Assembly (NCBI RefSeq): GCF_900199515.1
Contig: NZ_LT963432.1
Coordinates: forward strand, 60,001-92,000
Origin: Massilicoli timonensis
Lineage (GTDB): Bacteria > Bacillota_I > Bacilli_A > Erysipelotrichales > Erysipelotrichaceae
Length of the DNA: 32,000 bases
Direction of reading: 5' to 3'
In this document: piece by piece, positions 16,747-24,283 of the stretch
Numbering within the stretch: the stretch's first letter is position 1
How the letters are laid out: each line of letters begins with the position of its first letter
Notes under the pieces: model-generated
Database searches by the model: none
The model's input: the letters and a program-made list of their open reading frames with translations, nothing else
Told to the model about the DNA's origin: nothing
Translations under genes and position numbers: made by a program

Positions 16747-17157
16747 ATGAAACACACGATTCAAAAATTAAGCGGTATGGCAGTGCTGTTGGCATTGACG
16801 CTTGCTTTGGTTGCCTGCGGCAGCAACAACCAATTTGACGAAGTAGATGAAACAGTGAAAAAGGACGCAGTCGCAGCCGCAAAAACTTATGTCGATATGG
16901 AAAAGCCCTATTCCAGCTTATCCATCAACATCTATTCCGATTTCTCTGAACTTTTAAGAGAATGTGAATCAGATACCGATGAAGCATACGTATATGCCGC
17001 ATATTATGTAATGTCCTTAAGCGAAGCCCGCTTAAATGAAGCGTCTGATCAGAAAGCGGAGAAAGCTGCCTATCAAGCCTTAAAAGAAGCAGATGATGAA
17101 GAAATGCTGCTCGATATGGCAGATAAAGGCAAACAGGCATACGAAGCAAACTATTAA
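16747..17157 (+). CDS. Acidic helical lipoprotein, uncharacterised
   Basis: Signal peptide plus lipobox LALTLALVACGSNNQ. The mature part is rich in E, D, A and K. RBS AAGGAAGG lies upstream. No family recognised. Confidence 0.65.
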   Translation: MKHTIQKLSGMAVLLALTLALVACGSNNQFDEVDETVKKDAVAAAKTYVDMEKPYSSLSINIYSDFSELLRECESDTDEAYVYAAYYVMSLSEARLNEASDQKAEKAAYQALKEADDEEMLLDMADKGKQAYEANY

Positions 17158-17168
17158 GATTTCATATG

Positions 17169-17199
17169 AAAAAGCATATGTCCCTCCATATGCTTTTTT
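17169..17199. terminator. Bidirectional terminator between convergent genes
   Basis: AAAAGCATATG-tccctc-CATATGCTTTT, flanked by an A-run and a T-run. Lies between the lipoprotein gene (+) and the glycosylase gene (-). Confidence 0.7.
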
Positions 17200-17208
17200 A
17201 TTATACTT

Positions 17209-17691
17209 TTATTGTTCGATCTGTTTTAGGGCATCAAACCATGCTTCATATAATTGTGTTTCCTTGATCGTACGATTGGCGTTGCTGGTAGAAGGCAGTT
17301 TGATCACCTTGAGCGGCAGATCGGGAAAATGCTGATGCAAAAGTTGTGCCGCCTTACTGCCGTTGCAAAGGATCACTTGGATCTTGGGATAGCGATCGCA
17401 AAAGGCGTGCAGGTCATTGGGGATCACTTTACGGATCGCGCTATCCAACGAGCCTTCTCTTTCACAGTAAGCGATCACGTCCCAAAGCGCCAAATGATGC
17501 TGGCGGATGATCGTGCATTTTGCTTCATAACTTTGTATATCTGCCTGATAATAAGCCGCTAAGATCTTCCAAAAGCGATTTTGCGCATAACCATAGTATT
17601 CCTGCTTCGATAAAGAAACCACGCTGGGCATGCTGCCGACGATCAGCGCCTTCGGTGTTTTCGATACGATCGGCGCAAATCCCTTTAACAT
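17209..17691 (-). CDS. Uracil-DNA glycosylase superfamily protein, family 6-like (DNA-deoxyinosine/hypoxanthine glycosylase)
   Basis: 160 aa. N-terminal ALIVGSMPSVVSLSKQEYYGYAQNRFWKIL matches the GSxPS...YYxxxxNxFW pattern of family-6 UDGs. C-terminal LPSTSNAN. Assignment is from motif memory only. Confidence 0.65.
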   Translation of the reverse strand: MLKGFAPIVSKTPKALIVGSMPSVVSLSKQEYYGYAQNRFWKILAAYYQADIQSYEAKCTIIRQHHLALWDVIAYCEREGSLDSAIRKVIPNDLHAFCDRYPKIQVILCNGSKAAQLLHQHFPDLPLKVIKLPSTSNANRTIKETQLYEAWFDALKQIEQ

Positions 17692-18986
17692 TGTTCTCCG
17701 TATAGGTCATGCACACCGGCCTCAGTAATACGCACTTTTACAAAGCAGCCCGGTTCCAGTTCTTCCTTGGCCTGAAAGGTAATCGAACCATCTACCCCAT
17801 CGGGTGCACTGTTATAGCCGCGTCCACGATACGCTCCGCTCAAACCATCCCGCTTTTCTACCAGCACTTCCATCACTTCCCCGATATGTGCTTCCATATT
17901 GGCTTTCGAGATCTCCTTTTGCAGTTCCATCAATCGATCTAAGCGTTCCTGTTTCACCGCCTCATCGATCTGTCCATCCATGTCATACGCCGCCGTATCT
18001 TCCTCTTTTGAATAGGGAAAAGCACCTAGGCGATCAAAGCGCATCTCTTTCATAAAGGCAAGCAGTTCCTCAAAGTGATGCGGCTTTTCTTGTGGGAAGC
18101 CGACGATAAAGGTAGTACGGATCGTCGGATGCGCAAATACATCACGAATCAATGCAATCGTTTTCTTTACCTCTTCGATCGTACCGCGTCGATTCATCTT
18201 TCTTAACATCTCATCATTTGCATGCTGCAAAGGAATATCAAAATAAGGGAGCACATGCGGCAGCTTTGCCATGCCCTTGATCAACGCTTCATCAATTTCA
18301 TCCGGATACATATACAAAACGCGGATCCAGTGAAATAAACCAAGCGCCTCCAGTTGTTCCAGCAAAGTCAAAAGCATACCTTTCCCATACAGATCCACAC
18401 CGTATTTCGTCGTATCCTGTGCGATCAAAACCAGTTCTTTCACGCCCTGACCTGCCAACTGCTTCGCTTCCGCGATCAGCTGCTCCAATGGATAAGATAC
18501 ATTATCACCGCGGATCAAAGGAATCGCACAGTACGTGCAATGATTGGAACAGCCTTCCGCGATCTTCAAATACGCGCTCCATGGCCTGCTGCTCAATACC
18601 CGCTCACTATCCCAAAACCGCATGCATCCCTGATCATGCAATACCGCTTTTAAGATCTCATCGATCCGCTCATAATCACGAATCGCAATGACCGCATCAA
18701 TTTCGGGTATCTCCTCTTGCAGGGCTTTTGTATAACGCTGCGCCAGACAACCGGTTACGATCAGTTTTTCACAGCTTCCCTTTTGCTTATACTGCGCCAT
18801 TTCAAAGATCGTTGCGATCGCTTCTTCCTTCGCCGATTCGATGAAACCGCACGTATTGATGAAGATCGCCTGCGCCTTGGCGGGATCCTGCACCAGCGTG
18901 TGCCCATTCGCCCGCAAAACGCCCATGATCCTTTCACTGTCTACTAAATTTTTAGAACAACCTAAACTCACGAATCCGATTTTCAT
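17685..18986 (-). CDS. rimO: Ribosomal protein S12 methylthiotransferase RimO (radical SAM MTTase)
   Basis: MKIGFVSLGCSKNLVDSE N-terminus, radical-SAM CSNHCTYC and a C-terminal TRAM domain. The ATG at 18986 has GGAG 8 nt upstream; the track start at 19025 is an extension. Confidence 0.88.
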   Translation of the reverse strand: MKIGFVSLGCSKNLVDSERIMGVLRANGHTLVQDPAKAQAIFINTCGFIESAKEEAIATIFEMAQYKQKGSCEKLIVTGCLAQRYTKALQEEIPEIDAVIAIRDYERIDEILKAVLHDQGCMRFWDSERVLSSRPWSAYLKIAEGCSNHCTYCAIPLIRGDNVSYPLEQLIAEAKQLAGQGVKELVLIAQDTTKYGVDLYGKGMLLTLLEQLEALGLFHWIRVLYMYPDEIDEALIKGMAKLPHVLPYFDIPLQHANDEMLRKMNRRGTIEEVKKTIALIRDVFAHPTIRTTFIVGFPQEKPHHFEELLAFMKEMRFDRLGAFPYSKEEDTAAYDMDGQIDEAVKQERLDRLMELQKEISKANMEAHIGEVMEVLVEKRDGLSGAYRGRGYNSAPDGVDGSITFQAKEELEPGCFVKVRITEAGVHDLYGEQC

Positions 18987-19033
18987 ATGCGCATCTCCTC
19001 TGTCTGTTTTTGTCATATCTGTCAAACAGCGTC

Positions 19034-19042
19034 ATTATATCA
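19034..19042 (-). promoter_or_regulatory. Extended -10 promoter element for rimO
   Basis: Minus-strand read TGATATAAT (TGnTATAAT) about 45 nt upstream of the rimO ATG. Confidence 0.45.
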
Positions 19043-19054
19043 TAATCGTATCAG

Positions 19055-19083
19055 TTTGGTATAGAATAAAATTATGCTACAAT
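19055..19083 (+). promoter_or_regulatory. Promoter for the D-2-hydroxyacid dehydrogenase gene
   Basis: TGcTACAAT extended -10 (19075-19083) with a weak -35 TTTGGT/TTGGTA. Divergent from the rimO promoter. Confidence 0.45.
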
Positions 19084-19108
19084 AAAGAAGTAGTAAAGGA
19101 GGTTCCAA

Positions 19109-20101
19109 ATGAAAGTATTAGCTTATAACGTAAGAGAAGACGAAGTCGATTATTTCCACGCATTCGCAAAACAATATGACCTTGATGTGCGCTGCACGAT
19201 CGATTCCTTTAATGCCGAAAGCGCCTATCTGGCGAAAGGCCATGATGCCATCGTCATTCAGGGAAACTGCATTGCCGATCGTCCCGCATTAGAAAAGCTG
19301 AGCCAGTATGGCGTCAAGATCTTAACGACGCGCTGTGCCGGCGTTGACAAGGTGGACTTAGAGGCCGCAAAAGCGCTGTCTATTCAGTGTATGAACGTAC
19401 CGGCCTATTCCCCTAACGCCGTGAGTGAATATACGCTGACGCTCGCCTTAGCAAGCATCCGCAATCTGCCTCAGACCTTAAAGCGTATGGAGCATTATAA
19501 CTTCTCCATCAAAGGCCTGATCGGCACAGAGCTGCGCAATATGTGCATCGGTATCATCGGCACCGGCCGCATCGGTTTTGAAACGATCAAGAATTTCAGC
19601 GGCTTCAGCGATCACATCATCTGCTATGACAACTATCCAAACGAAGACGTCAAGCAGTATGCGACTTATGTATCGCTGGAAGAATTATATGCGAAAGCGG
19701 ATCTGATCTCGATCCACTGCCCGATGACACAGGAAAACTATCACATGATCAATCGGGAAACCATTGCCAAAATGAAAGAGGGCGTCGTTTTGATCAACAC
19801 TTCAAGAGGTGCGCTCATTGATACCAATGATGTGTTGGAAGCCTTAGACAGCGGCAAGATCGCCAAAGCCGCTTTGGATGTCTATGAATATGAAAACGGG
19901 CTTTACTTAAAAAACAATATGATCGACGACATCAAGGATCCACTGTTAAAACGGTTGATCCAGCATGATCGAGTCATCATTACCCCGCACATCGCCTTTT
20001 ACAGTGATGAAGCGGTAAAAAACATGGTCGAGATCGCTTTGCAGAACTTAAAGGAAATCGAAGCAAGCGGTCATTCCAAAAACGAACTGTTTACTTTGTA
20101 A
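19109..20101 (+). CDS. D-isomer-specific 2-hydroxyacid dehydrogenase, most likely D-lactate dehydrogenase
   Basis: 330 aa. NVPAYSPNAVSEYTL, NAD-binding GIIGTGRIGFE, catalytic region INTSRGALID...ITPHIAFYS. RBS AAGGAGG. Confidence 0.78.
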   Translation: MKVLAYNVREDEVDYFHAFAKQYDLDVRCTIDSFNAESAYLAKGHDAIVIQGNCIADRPALEKLSQYGVKILTTRCAGVDKVDLEAAKALSIQCMNVPAYSPNAVSEYTLTLALASIRNLPQTLKRMEHYNFSIKGLIGTELRNMCIGIIGTGRIGFETIKNFSGFSDHIICYDNYPNEDVKQYATYVSLEELYAKADLISIHCPMTQENYHMINRETIAKMKEGVVLINTSRGALIDTNDVLEALDSGKIAKAALDVYEYENGLYLKNNMIDDIKDPLLKRLIQHDRVIITPHIAFYSDEAVKNMVEIALQNLKEIEASGHSKNELFTL

Positions 20102-20121
20102 AAGAGGATTTTCCTCTTTTT
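20101..20121 (+). terminator. Weak rho-independent terminator after the dehydrogenase gene
   Basis: AAAGAGG-atttt-CCTCTTT with a T-run. The stem is short. Confidence 0.4.
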
Positions 20122-20166
20122 CTTTTGGTTTCTTTCCTTTATAATGGAAAAGAAAGAAGGAATGCT

Positions 20167-20895
20167 ATGACTTATCTATTAGAAGGCAATATTTCCGTAA
20201 AGGCAGCGCTGCTTTCTCCTTATCGAGAAGTGATCGAGGTCATCGTCGATCAAAACAAGCGTGATCGTGATCTGGCGTTTATCATTAGAACGGCCAAAAA
20301 ACAAAACATTGCGGTTACGCCGATGACCCGTGAGGAAATCGATCAGCTGGCAGATGGTACAACGCATGGCGGCTGCATCGCCAAATGCCAAGCACGCACC
20401 TTTCAGAGCTTAGAACAGGTCGATCAGAAAGAAACGCTGTTTTTGGCGCTGGTAGAAGGTGTGGAGGATCCTTATAATTTCGGTTATGTACTGCGCAGCC
20501 TTTATGCGGCTGGATGCGATGGGGTACTGATTCCTAAGCGCAACTGGACAAGTGCAGCAACGATCATCGCCCGCGCTTCCGCAGGTGCCAGTGAGTATTT
20601 GCCGCTCATCGTCATGGAAGATCCACTGCACACTTTAACGGAACTGAAACAAAGAGCGATCGCCCTTGTCTGTGCGGAACGCAAAGATGCCTGTTCCTTA
20701 TATACTTATACTTTCCCAAAACGCGTCTGTATTGCGATCGGCGGTGAGATGCGCGGCTTATCCAAAAATGTCAAAGACGCTGCTGATCAAAACGTGTATA
20801 TCCCTTATCGCCAATCGTTTCGCAATGCGCTCAACGCAGCCGGTGCAGCGGCGATCTTCGCCTTTGAATGGCTAAGACAACATCAGGATCAATAA
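20167..20895 (+). CDS. TrmH/SpoU family RNA 2'-O-methyltransferase (RlmB-like, group 3)
   Basis: N-terminal substrate-binding region (EGNISVKAALLS...) and SpoU motifs LALVEGVEDPYNFGYVLRS, IAIGGEMRGLS, IPYRQSFRNALNAAGAAAI. The track start at 20125 is TTG; the ATG at 20167 has GAAGGA upstream. Confidence 0.8.
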   Translation: MTYLLEGNISVKAALLSPYREVIEVIVDQNKRDRDLAFIIRTAKKQNIAVTPMTREEIDQLADGTTHGGCIAKCQARTFQSLEQVDQKETLFLALVEGVEDPYNFGYVLRSLYAAGCDGVLIPKRNWTSAATIIARASAGASEYLPLIVMEDPLHTLTELKQRAIALVCAERKDACSLYTYTFPKRVCIAIGGEMRGLSKNVKDAADQNVYIPYRQSFRNALNAAGAAAIFAFEWLRQHQDQ

Positions 20896-20934
20896 AAAAG
20901 GTAGGCTTCTTGCTCGTGAAGCGTACCTTTTTTT
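20895..20934. terminator. Bidirectional terminator between convergent genes
   Basis: AAAAAGGTAGGCTTC-ttgctcgt-GAAGCGTACCTTTTT, with one mismatch. Confidence 0.65.
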
Positions 20935-21274
20935 AGAAGTGTCCGTTGTTTTCCCGATGATCGGTAATATGATAGATCCGCTTTGCCCCAAACAGCTTGA
21001 CCAGCACATACAGCAGCAGAAAATACAAAGCATACACTGCGATCAGCAAGATCAAAAACTGAAGCGCCTGCGGCAAGCTTCCTGCTTCCAGTATGTAATA
21101 CAGTACGCCGGCAAAGAAAAACAGCGTGATTCCCAATAAGAAGTGAACGACCATCTTCGGCTCTGCCATGATAACATGACCGCATTTCTCACAAACATGA
21201 CGGCTTTTCAAGCGTAAAATGGCATGTGGGATCGCTTTTCCACAGTTAGGACAGACGATTTTACAGTTCAGCAT
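20933..21274 (-). CDS. Membrane protein with an N-terminal CxxC...CxxC zinc ribbon, uncharacterised
   Basis: CPNCGKAIPHAILRLKSRHVCEKCGH followed by two predicted TM helices. Resembles the putative zinc-finger membrane protein families of Firmicutes; the match is from memory and unverified. Confidence 0.55.
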   Translation of the reverse strand: MLNCKIVCPNCGKAIPHAILRLKSRHVCEKCGHVIMAEPKMVVHFLLGITLFFFAGVLYYILEAGSLPQALQFLILLIAVYALYFLLLYVLVKLFGAKRIYHITDHRENNGHF

Positions 21275-21301
21275 TGTCTTTTCACCTCTATTTCCTGATT
21301 C

Positions 21302-21330
21302 ATCTTAACAAAAACAAGAAAGAAACGCAA
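21302..21330 (-). promoter_or_regulatory. Putative promoter for the zinc-ribbon membrane protein gene
   Basis: Minus-strand TTGCGT (21330-21325), 17 bp spacer ending in TGt, TAAGAT (21307-21302). Confidence 0.4.
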
Positions 21331-21345
21331 CTGCAAGCAGGAAAT

Positions 21346-21372
21346 AAAAAAGCATCTGCCTTTTGCAAATGC
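21346..21372 (-). terminator. Rho-independent terminator after the 116-aa membrane protein gene
   Basis: Minus-strand read GCATTTGC-aaaag-GCAGATGC (one G:U pair) followed by TTTTTT. Confidence 0.6.
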
Positions 21373-21373
21373 T

Positions 21374-21724
21374 CTAGTCCGCGAACAGATAGCCGCAGAA
21401 AATATAGATCATATTGATGAAGAAAGCATCGATTCCGAAAAACTGAAACGTTTCTGCAATGAGTGCGATGCGGATATAGCCCAGCTGAATGAGCAGCAGC
21501 AACACCATGATCAAAATAGCCAATATTTTCTTGAATACCGAAGGATTGCGGCGTTTACGGCTTTTGTTAAGCGACATCCCGAATAAGAACAGCGCAAGCA
21601 CGATGATGATCGTGATCACCGTTGTCTGATAAGGAATGTGAATATACTGCTGAAACAATTTTACGATAAGAGCGGATAATGCAATGATCGCTGCCGGATA
21701 TCCCAGTCTTTTTACATCATCCAT
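21374..21724 (-). CDS. Small polytopic membrane protein, uncharacterised
   Basis: About 4 hydrophobic segments. The ATG at 21724 has GGTGGA 6 nt upstream, inside the end of ppiB. The ppiB stop is at 21727-21729, so the two genes are tightly coupled. Confidence 0.55.
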   Translation of the reverse strand: MDDVKRLGYPAAIIALSALIVKLFQQYIHIPYQTTVITIIIVLALFLFGMSLNKSRKRRNPSVFKKILAILIMVLLLLIQLGYIRIALIAETFQFFGIDAFFINMIYIFCGYLFAD

Positions 21725-21726
21725 CA

Positions 21727-22161
21727 CTAGTCCACCATTTCTACACGCTGCATGACATCGCCGCCGCGCATCTTCAAAACTGCTTCTAAATTATCCGTAA
21801 CCTTGCCGAACACCGTATGTACCCCATCTAAATGCGGCTGCGGTTCATGAACGATGAAGAACTGACAGCATCCCGTATCCTTGCCGCGATGTGCCATTGA
21901 CAAAGCGCCGCTCACATGACGATGCGGATTGTTCTTGGTTTCACAGGGAATCGTATAACCGAGATCACCGCTGCCATCTCCATAAGGACAGCCTCCCTGC
22001 GATACGAAGCCGGGAATCACCCGATGGAACGTCTTTCCGTCATAATAATGCTTGTTGATCAAGTCAATGAAGTTTTTTACCGTGATCGGTGCATCGTCTT
22101 CATATAATTCAAAAGGGATCACTTCCCCGTTTTCCATTACGATCTTGCCATGTCGAATCAT
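21727..22161 (-). CDS. ppiB: Peptidyl-prolyl cis-trans isomerase, cyclophilin type
   Basis: 144 aa. [32 protein letters not shown]...[17 protein letters not shown]...[19 protein letters not shown]. Confidence 0.9.
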   Translation of the reverse strand: MIRHGKIVMENGEVIPFELYEDDAPITVKNFIDLINKHYYDGKTFHRVIPGFVSQGGCPYGDGSGDLGYTIPCETKNNPHRHVSGALSMAHRGKDTGCCQFFIVHEPQPHLDGVHTVFGKVTDNLEAVLKMRGGDVMQRVEMVD

Positions 22162-22187
22162 TGTATCTCCTGCCTTTCTATTTGAGC

Positions 22188-22196
22188 ATTATACCA
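22188..22196 (-). promoter_or_regulatory. Extended -10 promoter element for ppiB
   Basis: Minus-strand read TGGTATAAT in the 42-nt spacer upstream of ppiB. Confidence 0.45.
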
Positions 22197-22203
22197 CAAT
22201 TTC

Positions 22204-23169
22204 TCACACCAGTAAAACTACCTGCGCGCTATTTAAGAAACGAATGCGCCGCCCCGCAAAGATCTCATTGCCAAATACGCCGTCTAACAGGATACCCGCA
22301 TACATATCACAGCGTCCGCTGATCACGCCCTGTAAATGGATCTCAGCGCGGTCTACCTGCATACAAACTTCCTTTACATAAGCAGTTTCCATTCGTTCTA
22401 GTCCATGTACGCCAATGCCCATCGTCTTGATCGTACCGCTTTGTTGAAAAGGATTGCCCGACATGTTTTTCGCGGCGAGCCAGCCGATCGACGCACCGGT
22501 ATCAATACCGAAATAATACTGCTTTTCTCCATCCAGCGCCACCACGACCGGAAAGGTGCCGCTTATAAAATTACGATGAAGGAAGCGATGCGTATTTTTT
22601 AAGACATGAAAGACATGGGCAATCGTATCGATCTCAAAGTCTAATTCATGTAAAAGATCCCAGCCGATGATGCCATCCATCCGCGTCAAGGGAATCTTTG
22701 TGTGAGGAATGCAGAAATCCTCATCACGCAGCATGATCATCGGATAGTCATAATAAGCGATCTTGCCCAGATAAAGCTTTCTTACCACATAGCCGTTTCG
22801 TTCCTGCTGCTTCCCGCTGATGCTGCTGAGCGATAAACTGCCGCTGCATGCCGCAAGCCCCAAGCGTTCCGCCACGCTTTGGCGAATCCCGCTGACCTGT
22901 GCGCCGGTATCGATCACAAAGCGAAACAGCCTTCCCTCCACTTTGATCTTGATCGTATAAAGACCGCTGAACGTACGCTTGCAAGGCAAAGAGAACTGCT
23001 CCTGATAAACGACCTTGCGCGTCTGTAAATCGCCTGCCAGCTCCTTTCGCATTCTTTCAAATGAATGCTGCCTGCTGTATGCTTCAATACCGGAAAGGAT
23101 CGTCTGATATTGTTCATCTTCTTGAATTTTACGGAATGCGACGGTTTTTACCTCACATGTATGGATCAT
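22204..23169 (-). CDS. Protein with two tandem retropepsin-like (clan AA) aspartic protease domains
   Basis: Two DTGA motifs: FVIDTGAQVS (D87, codon 22911-22909) and FGIDTGASIG (D223, codon 22503-22501). Each is followed by the pattern (L/M)DG(I/V)(I/F)G...(F/I)xx. No signal peptide or TM segment. RBS GAGGTGA. Confidence 0.6.
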   Translation of the reverse strand: MIHTCEVKTVAFRKIQEDEQYQTILSGIEAYSRQHSFERMRKELAGDLQTRKVVYQEQFSLPCKRTFSGLYTIKIKVEGRLFRFVIDTGAQVSGIRQSVAERLGLAACSGSLSLSSISGKQQERNGYVVRKLYLGKIAYYDYPMIMLRDEDFCIPHTKIPLTRMDGIIGWDLLHELDFEIDTIAHVFHVLKNTHRFLHRNFISGTFPVVVALDGEKQYYFGIDTGASIGWLAAKNMSGNPFQQSGTIKTMGIGVHGLERMETAYVKEVCMQVDRAEIHLQGVISGRCDMYAGILLDGVFGNEIFAGRRIRFLNSAQVVLLV

Positions 23170-23287
23170 CTGTTCACCTCATCTGCTAGTTTCATACACA
23201 CGCTGCCTTTAATGAACAGGCGCAGCGTCAAAACTCATTGTACTTGCTTTTTATTGTATCATAATCGCGATTGCCTTGAAACAAATA

Positions 23288-23296
23288 TGTTATAAT
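23288..23296 (+). promoter_or_regulatory. Extended -10 promoter element
   Basis: TGTTATAAT (perfect TGnTATAAT) 24 nt before the ATG at 23320. RBS AGGAGG lies in between. Confidence 0.5.
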
Positions 23297-23319
23297 AGTA
23301 AAAACAGGAGGATTGATTC

Positions 23320-24186
23320 ATGAAATTAAATGAAAAACAGTTGGTCATGCAAAGCGTACAGGGACGTATCCATCATCCGACGATGAGCGGAAACGGCTAT
23401 CGGGTCGGATATGACGGTATCGGGCGTATTCCGATGGCAACGGGCGGCATCACTTATAACTTCGCGGTCGGCGATTGCTGCATGGGAATCGCAGGTGATC
23501 ATGTGGAACCGGGCATCAGCCTGAAAAACGCCGATCCCAAAGAAAATGCGGCGTTGATGGCATTTGCCTGCATCGGCAACCGCGCAAAAGTCATCAGCGG
23601 TGATGCAAAAGGAGCGATCGGTTATGTAAGCGGGAAACACGGCGGCATCGATCATGTCTTGATCTGTTTCCCAAAAGCCGATTTGGAAAACATGGCGGTC
23701 AATGATCAGATCTTGATCTATGCGCATGGACAGGGATTAAAGCTCTTAGAGCATGAAGAGATCCATGTCATGAACATCGACCCCGCTTTATTGAAACAGA
23801 TACCGATACAGGAGGATAAAGCGTATCTCAGCGTGCCTGTCGTAACGAAGGTGCCGGCAGCGCTCATGGGTTCAGGTCTTGGCAGCGCAACGATGATGAA
23901 CGGCGATTATGACATCATGACGATGGATCCGCAGGCCTGTGAACAATATCATCTCAACGATCTGAAATTCGGCGATCTCGTGCTGATCCAAGATCATGAC
24001 AATTTCTATGGACCGCATTATCGAAAAGGCGCGGTATCCATCGGCGTCATCGTACACAGCGATTCCTTTACCAGCGGTCATGGACCGGGCGTCGTCATCA
24101 TCATGACTGCCAAAAGCGCAGTATTAAAAGGACATCACGATCCAAATGCCAATATCGCAAACTGGATCGCCGATGCCTCTAAATAA
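23320..24186 (+). CDS. Conserved uncharacterised protein (possibly the DUF4438 family, unverified)
   Basis: 288-aa soluble protein rich in G, H and D, with its own promoter, RBS and terminator. The DUF assignment rests on my recollection of size and sequence style only. Confidence 0.45.
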   Translation: MKLNEKQLVMQSVQGRIHHPTMSGNGYRVGYDGIGRIPMATGGITYNFAVGDCCMGIAGDHVEPGISLKNADPKENAALMAFACIGNRAKVISGDAKGAIGYVSGKHGGIDHVLICFPKADLENMAVNDQILIYAHGQGLKLLEHEEIHVMNIDPALLKQIPIQEDKAYLSVPVVTKVPAALMGSGLGSATMMNGDYDIMTMDPQACEQYHLNDLKFGDLVLIQDHDNFYGPHYRKGAVSIGVIVHSDSFTSGHGPGVVIIMTAKSAVLKGHHDPNANIANWIADASK

Positions 24187-24188
24187 AC

Positions 24189-24230
24189 AAAAACGCGTAT
24201 TGTCCTTGCATGCAGACAAAGCGCGTTTTT
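24189..24230 (+). terminator. Rho-independent terminator
   Basis: AAAAACGCG..TTGTC-cttgcatgca-GACAA..CGCGTTTTT long hairpin directly after the stop at 24186. Confidence 0.6.
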
Positions 24231-24245
24231 CCTTTTCTTTTGCAA

Positions 24246-24283
24246 TAAAAAGTCATCTGTCCAAAACAGATGACCGTTTTTTT
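24246..24283. terminator. Bidirectional terminator
   Basis: GTCATCTGT-ccaaa-ACAGATGAC, flanked by an A-run and a T-run. Overlaps the stop of the BI-1 family gene. Confidence 0.65.

Noticed and set aside
16653-16838. 61-aa ORF that overlaps the lipoprotein promoter and 5' end
   Set aside because: It starts at the TTG inside the -35 hexamer, has no RBS, and is out of frame with the well-supported lipoprotein gene (signal peptide, lipobox, RBS).
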